DNA of 64,000 nucleotides from an uncultured Verrucomicrobiota bacterium (GTDB lineage Bacteria; Verrucomicrobiota; Verrucomicrobiia; Opitutales; UBA9783): NCBI GenBank assembly GCA_946646575.1, contig CAMPCR010000002.1, positions 1,408 to 65,407 of the forward strand, read 5' to 3'. Shown piece by piece: positions 58,958 to 64,000 of this stretch (position 1 is its first letter; each line of letters starts with the position of its first letter). The notes under the pieces were generated by a model. It saw only the letters and a program-made list of their open reading frames with translations, ran no database searches and was not told where the DNA came from. The position numbers and the translations under genes were made by a program.

Positions 58958-60576
58958 CTTCCGTGAGCCTTGCGTTGTTTGGGCGAACGAGACGGAAGCC
59001 AGAACAACCGCAGGGACACTCTCCCCTCTATTTTCCTATATTCGAACAATCCTTTCAACAGGGAAAAACTTTTACCCTTCGGCGTTTTTGTGAAGCGAAA
59101 CAACAGAAACCAATTCAAATCCAGCTCATGCGTGTCGAGACGCCGATATTCCTGAAAAAGGTTAAACAGAACACCGTAACGGACGACGTCGCCGTCTTTT
59201 TCGTAACGAAACAAATGAAACAGCGGGTTGTAAATATCCCGTACGAGCGGATTTTCGGGAAAAAAAACGCTGAGCGGACTGAGAATTTGCAGTTGTTTGC
59301 GTCCGTTTCCGTTGTTCCAACTGCTGAAAAACGGCCAAAAGTGGCTCTTTTTCCCCAAAAAACGCCCCGTGTGATGCGCATATTGCGTCTGGTTCCACAC
59401 CAAAAAATATAAAACCTGCTGTTGTTGCACATCGATGTCGCGTTCGATCCACGATTGTTCCTTCAACAGCGGCCACAAAAGCCATGTCTTTTGATAATGT
59501 TGCTTTTTTCGTTCCGAATGTGTGTAAAACGGTGCCCAACGGTTCACCATTCGTTGTTCGCCGCGTCCCTGCACCCACAGCGGCCATAAAATGCGATGCT
59601 CTTCGTAGTTCGGATCCTGTTCCCAACGACGTCCGAAAAACGGCCAGACGATACTCAAATCTTTGACCCTCGGGCTTTTTTCGTAGGCGTAAAACGGTAA
59701 AAAGCCTTTTTTTATGTGCTGTTTATCGTAAAAATGATGGTCGTATCCGAGCGGCCAAAGGAAGTATTGTAAATCCTTTTTGTCGTTGTAAAAATGTCCG
59801 CCGAGCGGATAGAAGGCGAACCCGCGCGTTGCACCGCTGCGTTTGTTCAGGATAGGGAACGGGAACCATTGATTGATGTCGCCGTTTTTATGCGTTTTGA
59901 CGTACAGCGGCCAACCGCACCAATCGATGCGTTGCCTGCCGAACATATTTTTAATGGTTCCGCCGAGCGGCCAAACGGCGGTGTAATCATCTTCGCCGTA
60001 ACCGCGTTTGTAGAAGTAAAACGGGAAAAAATAGCCTTCGCGGTACGTTTTTCGGTCTTCGATTTTGGTGTCGTAGCGGCACAGCGTGAAGAAACAATAG
60101 CCGTAACGTCGGTTCGGCTTTTGAAAATCTTGTCCGAACGGATATAGGAAATTGTTTTCGATGCTGTTCGGCTTTTCGTAACGCGCAATCAGCGGACGCA
60201 CAAAGAACTTTCGTTTGTTCGGTTCGGTGCGCGTTTCGATCAGCGGATACAACGGTTGCCGCGGAACAATGTGTAAGTTCGGATCAAAAGAAGAAGCTTC
60301 CGTCGCGGCGGATGATGAACGAACGCGTCTGCGAACATGATGCCGACGTTTTTTTGGAAATACACCGTCTTCCTCCGGCGGATGAAGGATGCGAAAAGGC
60401 TCCGATGACGTCGGTGAATGTTGTTGCGGTTCGGAAATTGTTCCCTTTTCGGAAGCGGAAGGTGTTTCGAAGTTTGTTTCCGCCTCAACCGTACCGAGTG
60501 CAACCATTGCCTCTTGCCCGAAAAATGTGGTTAAGAGCAAAACGCACGCAACCGCTTTCCGACGCAACCGCTCCAT
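58954..60576 (-). CDS. Exported aromatic-repeat protein (540 aa), first gene of the mla operon
   Basis: Signal-like AVACVLLLTTFFGQEAMVAL. About 13 units, spaced 20-27 residues apart, have (W/F/Y/S)-(P/A)-(L/F) cores: AVWPLGG, CGWPLYV, FAFYPLGG, FLWPLGY, IVWPFFG, ILWPLWV, LLWPLLK, HFWPFFS and others. A 4-nt overlap with the mlaE start. Confidence 0.7.
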   Translation of the reverse strand: MERLRRKAVACVLLLTTFFGQEAMVALGTVEAETNFETPSASEKGTISEPQQHSPTSSEPFRILHPPEEDGVFPKKRRHHVRRRVRSSSAATEASSFDPNLHIVPRQPLYPLIETRTEPNKRKFFVRPLIARYEKPNSIENNFLYPFGQDFQKPNRRYGYCFFTLCRYDTKIEDRKTYREGYFFPFYFYKRGYGEDDYTAVWPLGGTIKNMFGRQRIDWCGWPLYVKTHKNGDINQWFPFPILNKRSGATRGFAFYPLGGHFYNDKKDLQYFLWPLGYDHHFYDKQHIKKGFLPFYAYEKSPRVKDLSIVWPFFGRRWEQDPNYEEHRILWPLWVQGRGEQRMVNRWAPFYTHSERKKQHYQKTWLLWPLLKEQSWIERDIDVQQQQVLYFLVWNQTQYAHHTGRFLGKKSHFWPFFSSWNNGNGRKQLQILSPLSVFFPENPLVRDIYNPLFHLFRYEKDGDVVRYGVLFNLFQEYRRLDTHELDLNWFLLFRFTKTPKGKSFSLLKGLFEYRKIEGRVSLRLFWLPSRSPKQRKAHGR

Positions 60577-60943
60577 GGTTAATGTTCTATTATACCATAT
60601 GAAACGGGACTGCCGAAAACCGCTTCATTGAAATGACCTGCAATTTTTCAAAATACCGCCGTGTCTCATTTGAAGGTGGATGGTACAAATCGCAGAACAT
60701 TACGTACGATAAGCATTTTTTGCCGGAGTATCTTCTGCTGTCGCACGGTGTGCGTTATCCGTTTTATGCGAATAACCTTAATCACGACACGCACCGTTGT
60801 GTAATCCCGGCCGTCCCGTTGGTAACGCGAATCGGAAAAAATCACGCACGGATAACCGTTTTTCGGCGGAAACACCCTCGCGGTAAATATCACAGAGTAC
60901 CATGCGGTGCGACATCCCTGCGGTGCGGCGTAGTGTCGTTCGG

Positions 60944-62644
60944 TTATTTCATGTGAACGGGCACTTGCAGTTTCTCCAGCCGCCGATGTTCCGCCTCCGA
61001 CTGCACATCGCCCTGCCAGCGGCGCAAATCGAAGAAAATCACGTATGCCATCAGTCCGAGGAACAGCATGACGAAAGCATTTTGGATGCCGAGAATACAC
61101 TTCGGCGGCAGGGGTTTTCGACGGAGCTTTTCAATCACGGCAAACAAAATGTGTCCGCCGTCGAGCACCGGGATCGGTAAAAGGTTTAAAATCGCGAGGT
61201 TAATGTTTAAAATCACCATAAACCACAGCAGACGTCGAAAATCATCGATTGAAAAGCGGTGCAACACACGCATGATGCCGGGTGCGCCCATCAGGTGCTT
61301 CATTTTAACATCGGAATTGCGATTAACGAGGCATCCGAGGGTTTCGAAGGTGGAACCGATCGCCTTTTTGAATTGTCCGAAGGGGCTTTCGTGCATCGTT
61401 TGCATCGGTTGCGCAAACGCAATGCCGACCCGTTGAACGGTTTCGGCGGGATGCACCGTGACGGTTTCGCCGTCGTTCGGCAACACAACGATCCTTCGAA
61501 GACCGTGCGCTTCGACTTCCAGCATGATTGAACGGGCGGTCGTCGTTTTGATGAGCTCCGACAGCTGTTGCGCATTTTGTACCGAAACGCCGTTGCAGGT
61601 TAAGATGCGACCCTCGTTCGGAACCGCGGAGAACTTATCGCCGACGGTATTGAGCAGATAAACGCCGTCTTCATCTTCATACCCGTCGACGTAGTCCGTT
61701 TCGTTTCCGTAACGCAACCAGCCGCGCGTTTGAATTTCGGTTTTGGTTTCGCACGCAATACGCATCTTTTCACCGTTGCGTTCGACCAAAAACGTAACCG
61801 TCTGCGGCTTCTTTTTATTCAGATACTCCCGCAAATCCATGATCGAATACAGCGGAACATCATTGACCTGCAACAACCTGTCACCTTTTCGCAGACCGCT
61901 TTTTTCGGCAAACGAACCCGCTTCGAACGCTTCGATGACGAGCTCCTGTTGCGGTGCCGCGATGCCGCTGAAACGTACTTCGTCCTTTGTGACGGGATTG
62001 GTTTGAACCCGCATCAAATCGAGGATTGCCTTGAAAATGTTGCCGTTGCGTTTGTAGGTGACTTCCGCCTGTGGCTGTTGATTTTTGTCGTGTCCCGTGC
62101 TCAGAATGATGCGCTTTTCGATGTCCGAAAAAGCTTCAATCGGTGCGCCGTCGACCGCCAGGATCTCGTCGCCCTGCTTTAAGCCCGCTTTGGCGGCGGG
62201 TGTTTCGACGTTATTGTAGGTCGGCAAAACGTAGCCGAGCGTGCGCGTTCGTTCCTGCGCCGGCGTTTGTAAGCCCACCGCCCACAGCAGACAGGCAAGC
62301 ACAAAGGCGAATAAGATGTTAAAAACGGCACCCATGACCGCCACCAAACATTTGCTGGTGAAGGAAATCGGTTGCAACGTGTCGTTCTCCTTGCCTTCCA
62401 AAATCGGAATTACACCCATCTGCGGTAATGCCACGTAGCCGCCGAGCGGGAACAACGCCAGGCAGTAGGTCGTTTCGCCGCGCTTCCACGAGAATAAACT
62501 CGGTCCGAACCCGATGGAAAACTTCGGCACGCGCAATCCGCGCTTTTTGGCGATCCAAAAATGCCCGAATTCATGGATGAAAATCGAACCGCCGAAAAAA
62601 AACAGCATCCAAAAAATGCCCCAAAGATTTCGGAAAAGTTCCAT
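60944..62644 (-). CDS. rseP: RIP zinc metalloprotease RseP (site-2 protease, M50 family) with PDZ domains
   Basis: Contains HEFGHFWIAK (HExxH), PDZ-like GDEILAVDG and GDRLLQVND, and NLLPIPVLDGGHI. Confidence 0.9.
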   Translation of the reverse strand: MELFRNLWGIFWMLFFFGGSIFIHEFGHFWIAKKRGLRVPKFSIGFGPSLFSWKRGETTYCLALFPLGGYVALPQMGVIPILEGKENDTLQPISFTSKCLVAVMGAVFNILFAFVLACLLWAVGLQTPAQERTRTLGYVLPTYNNVETPAAKAGLKQGDEILAVDGAPIEAFSDIEKRIILSTGHDKNQQPQAEVTYKRNGNIFKAILDLMRVQTNPVTKDEVRFSGIAAPQQELVIEAFEAGSFAEKSGLRKGDRLLQVNDVPLYSIMDLREYLNKKKPQTVTFLVERNGEKMRIACETKTEIQTRGWLRYGNETDYVDGYEDEDGVYLLNTVGDKFSAVPNEGRILTCNGVSVQNAQQLSELIKTTTARSIMLEVEAHGLRRIVVLPNDGETVTVHPAETVQRVGIAFAQPMQTMHESPFGQFKKAIGSTFETLGCLVNRNSDVKMKHLMGAPGIMRVLHRFSIDDFRRLLWFMVILNINLAILNLLPIPVLDGGHILFAVIEKLRRKPLPPKCILGIQNAFVMLFLGLMAYVIFFDLRRWQGDVQSEAEHRRLEKLQVPVHMK

Positions 62645-62752
62645 AAAGCCGACTACCTTATGATGAATGTTCGGTGTTAAAAGGCAATGTTAATCGGTGA
62701 AAATAAAAAACGACTTTTGGCAGCGGGAAGGGTGGCGCGTACGTTTCGTTCA

Positions 62753-63001
62753 CTACTCATAATGTCTCCAGCAACGCAAAAACGTAATCTCATTACCATC
62801 CACCTGATATACCAAACGGTGTTGTTGATTGATACGCCGCGAGTAGGTGTTGACCTCGCCTTGCAGTTTTTCATACGGCGGCGGAATTTGAAAAGGATTT
62901 TTAATAACGATTGCTACCAGTTCCCTGATCTTCGAGGCTAATCCTGCGCTCTTTGCGATTTCAATATCCTTTCGAAACCGTTTTTTGTAAGAAATGATCA
63001 T
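62753..63001 (-). CDS. yoeB: YoeB/Txe-family toxin (copy 1)
   Basis: 82 aa. ...NPFQIPPPYEKLQGEVNTYSRRINQQHRLVYQVDGNEITFLRCWRHYE matches the YoeB pattern (SRRI..EHRLVY......HY). An ATGA overlap with the upstream antitoxin. Confidence 0.85.
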   Translation of the reverse strand: MIISYKKRFRKDIEIAKSAGLASKIRELVAIVIKNPFQIPPPYEKLQGEVNTYSRRINQQHRLVYQVDGNEITFLRCWRHYE

Positions 63002-63267
63002 ATACCAAGGTCTCTAAACAGTTCCTCAGCCGTATGAAACGTCGGCAACAGTCCTTTTTTTCTCTCAATTCTTGCCTGTCTTGCTTCTTCCAGAACCTCC
63101 TCAATGGGATATGGTTTCACCTCCTCATCCTCGTCAATCGTTTCCGCAGGTTCCTTCATATATTCTTCGATGTAACGCCCGATGGATGTTTGCCGGCTTT
63201 TGGCTTGTGCTTTGACCCAAGCGCACCATTCGGGGCTGACGGAAATACAAAGTCTTGCGGATTTCAT
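62998..63267 (-). CDS. Antitoxin (copy 1): RHH/CopG-like N-terminus with an acidic toxin-binding tail
   Basis: 89 aa. RLCISVSPEWCAWVKAQAKSRQTSIGRYIEEYM looks ribbon-helix-helix-like. The tail is acidic (DEDEEVKPYPIEEVLEE). It is translationally coupled to the toxin. Confidence 0.7.
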   Translation of the reverse strand: MKSARLCISVSPEWCAWVKAQAKSRQTSIGRYIEEYMKEPAETIDEDEEVKPYPIEEVLEEARQARIERKKGLLPTFHTAEELFRDLGI

Positions 63268-63346
63268 GATATTCTAATTGTATTTTAGGGAAAAGAAACT
63301 GTCGATTTCAAAAAGTCCGCGCTGTTCGCGGGCGAAGATGTTTTAA

Positions 63347-63544
63347 TCAACTCCGGTGTAGTTCTTTAATCGCCTGCGCGTGTATCTGAGCGTTCGGGAA
63401 CTTGAACACCTCCGTCTTTGGAGTGTTTTGTGGGAAAGCAGGATACCGCATCACTTTTTTCCGCGATACCCATGCTTCCGCGAGTTCGCTTATTCTTTTG
63501 GAAGTAAAAAGGGGTGTAGGATGTGCGTTTTGTCTTTTACTCAT
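63347..63544 (-). CDS. Small hypothetical ORF (65 aa) overlapping the stop of YoeB copy 2
   Basis: It overlaps the upstream toxin ORF (63537..63785) by 8 nt. I recognised no family, and coding status is uncertain. Confidence 0.3.
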   Translation of the reverse strand: MSKRQNAHPTPLFTSKRISELAEAWVSRKKVMRYPAFPQNTPKTEVFKFPNAQIHAQAIKELHRS

Positions 63545-63785
63545 AGTGGCTCCAACAGCGCAAAAATATAACTCTGTCGCCGCTTATGCGGTACACCAAA
63601 CGGTGTTGCTGATTGATGCGCCGCGAATAAGTATTGATCTCGCCCTTCAATTTTTCATATGGTGGCGGAATTTGAAAGGGATTGCGCAAAATTAATGCAA
63701 CAAGTTCGTCGATTTTTGGGAACAGAACCGTACGTTTTGCGGCAGCGTAATCTTTTCGAAATTGCTTTGTTAATCGAGGTTTCAC
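63537..63785 (-). CDS. yoeB: YoeB/Txe-family toxin (copy 2)
   Basis: ...NPFQIPPPYEKLKGEINTYSRRINQQHRLVYRISGDRVIFLRCWSHYE. The GTG start overlaps the antitoxin stop (GTGA). Confidence 0.85.
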   Translation of the reverse strand: MKPRLTKQFRKDYAAAKRTVLFPKIDELVALILRNPFQIPPPYEKLKGEINTYSRRINQQHRLVYRISGDRVIFLRCWSHYE

Positions 63786-64000
63786 AAAGAATCGTTGTGT
63801 AAAAATTCCAACATCTCTTCGGCACTGGCGAATTCCTGCAATCGTCCTTCCCGAAGATCGATTTCCGCCTGTTTGGATTCTGCGATGACTTCTTCAATGG
63901 GATACGGTTTAACCTCCTCGTCTTCGTCCGTCGTTTCCATGGTATCCTCCATCCACCCGCGTACGTAGCGACTGACGGACGTTTTTCGTTTTTTCGCCTG
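63782..64000 (-). CDS. Antitoxin (copy 2), 5' end outside the window
   Basis: Not in the ORF track because its start lies beyond 64000. My translation of the minus strand gives ...AKKRKTSVSRYVRGWMEDTMETTDEDEEVKPYPIEEVIAESKQAEIDLREGRLQEFASAEEMLEFLHNDSL*, which is homologous to copy 1. Confidence 0.65.
   Translation of the reverse strand, partial: QAKKRKTSVSRYVRGWMEDTMETTDEDEEVKPYPIEEVIAESKQAEIDLREGRLQEFASAEEMLEFLHNDSL

Noticed and set aside
63655-63897. Tracked 80-aa minus-strand ORF at the right edge of the window.
   Set aside because: It lies in a different frame from the antitoxin homolog, which is open to the window edge and ends at 63782. The antitoxin frame is supported by homology to 62998..63267.

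Overview
This 64-kb window is chromosomal DNA from a Gram-negative bacterium, as shown by kdsB, an Mla operon, rseP and a prepilin-type pseudopilin.

**Backbone.** About two thirds is a GC-richer housekeeping backbone that I recognise with confidence:
- DNA and repair: ruvC, xth, gyrB, gyrA, a UvrD/RecB-like helicase.
- Central carbon metabolism: pgi, glgC, a PPi-type phosphofructokinase, gap, ldhA, a class I (FbaB/DhnA-type) aldolase.
- Envelope: glmS, kdsB, mlaD/F/E, rseP, an ABC exporter.
- Translation: an archaeal/eukaryote-type proS, rpmB, prmC, frr, tgt.
- Other: a NIF3-family gene, pyrH, a 2-Cys peroxiredoxin.
- Four tRNAs: Pro-CGG, Leu-CAA, Arg-TCT and a CAT-anticodon Met/Ile2.

**Accessory genes.** Visibly AT-richer, lineage-specific genes are interleaved with the backbone, several of them wedged into normally contiguous housekeeping pairs (pyrH|frr, frr|gyrB, gyrB|gyrA).

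**Most interesting items:**
1. An operon-like array of four divergent paralogs (16021-20674). They encode signal/anchor-bearing proteins with a GT-A/GT2-like glycosyltransferase motif order. A relic 3' gene end lies inside the array, and a divergent, extended peptide-deformylase paralog lies next to it.
2. A 1143-aa exported Cys/His-rich protein (6838-10269). It is built from about 17 C2H2-like finger motifs, eleven CxxC beads and a 14 x 21-bp in-frame tandem repeat.
3. An OTU-family cysteine-protease (deubiquitinase-like) gene split by a single-base frameshift at a G4 run.
4. A set of large coiled-coil orphan proteins with S/T/N/Q-rich N-termini. Three of them share a short N-proximal I-(L/A)-D...(G/C)-H motif.
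5. A peroxiredoxin with a possible metallothionein-like Cys-rich leader.
6. Two tandem YoeB-type toxin / RHH-antitoxin modules.

I saw no rRNA, CRISPR array, transposase or integrase.

**Possible lineage.** The gene content and the gyrB..gyrA..tgt neighbourhood remind me of Chlamydiae/PVC-type host-associated bacteria. That is an unverified inference.

**Limits.** All functional calls rest on motifs read by eye from the translations. No database search was possible.
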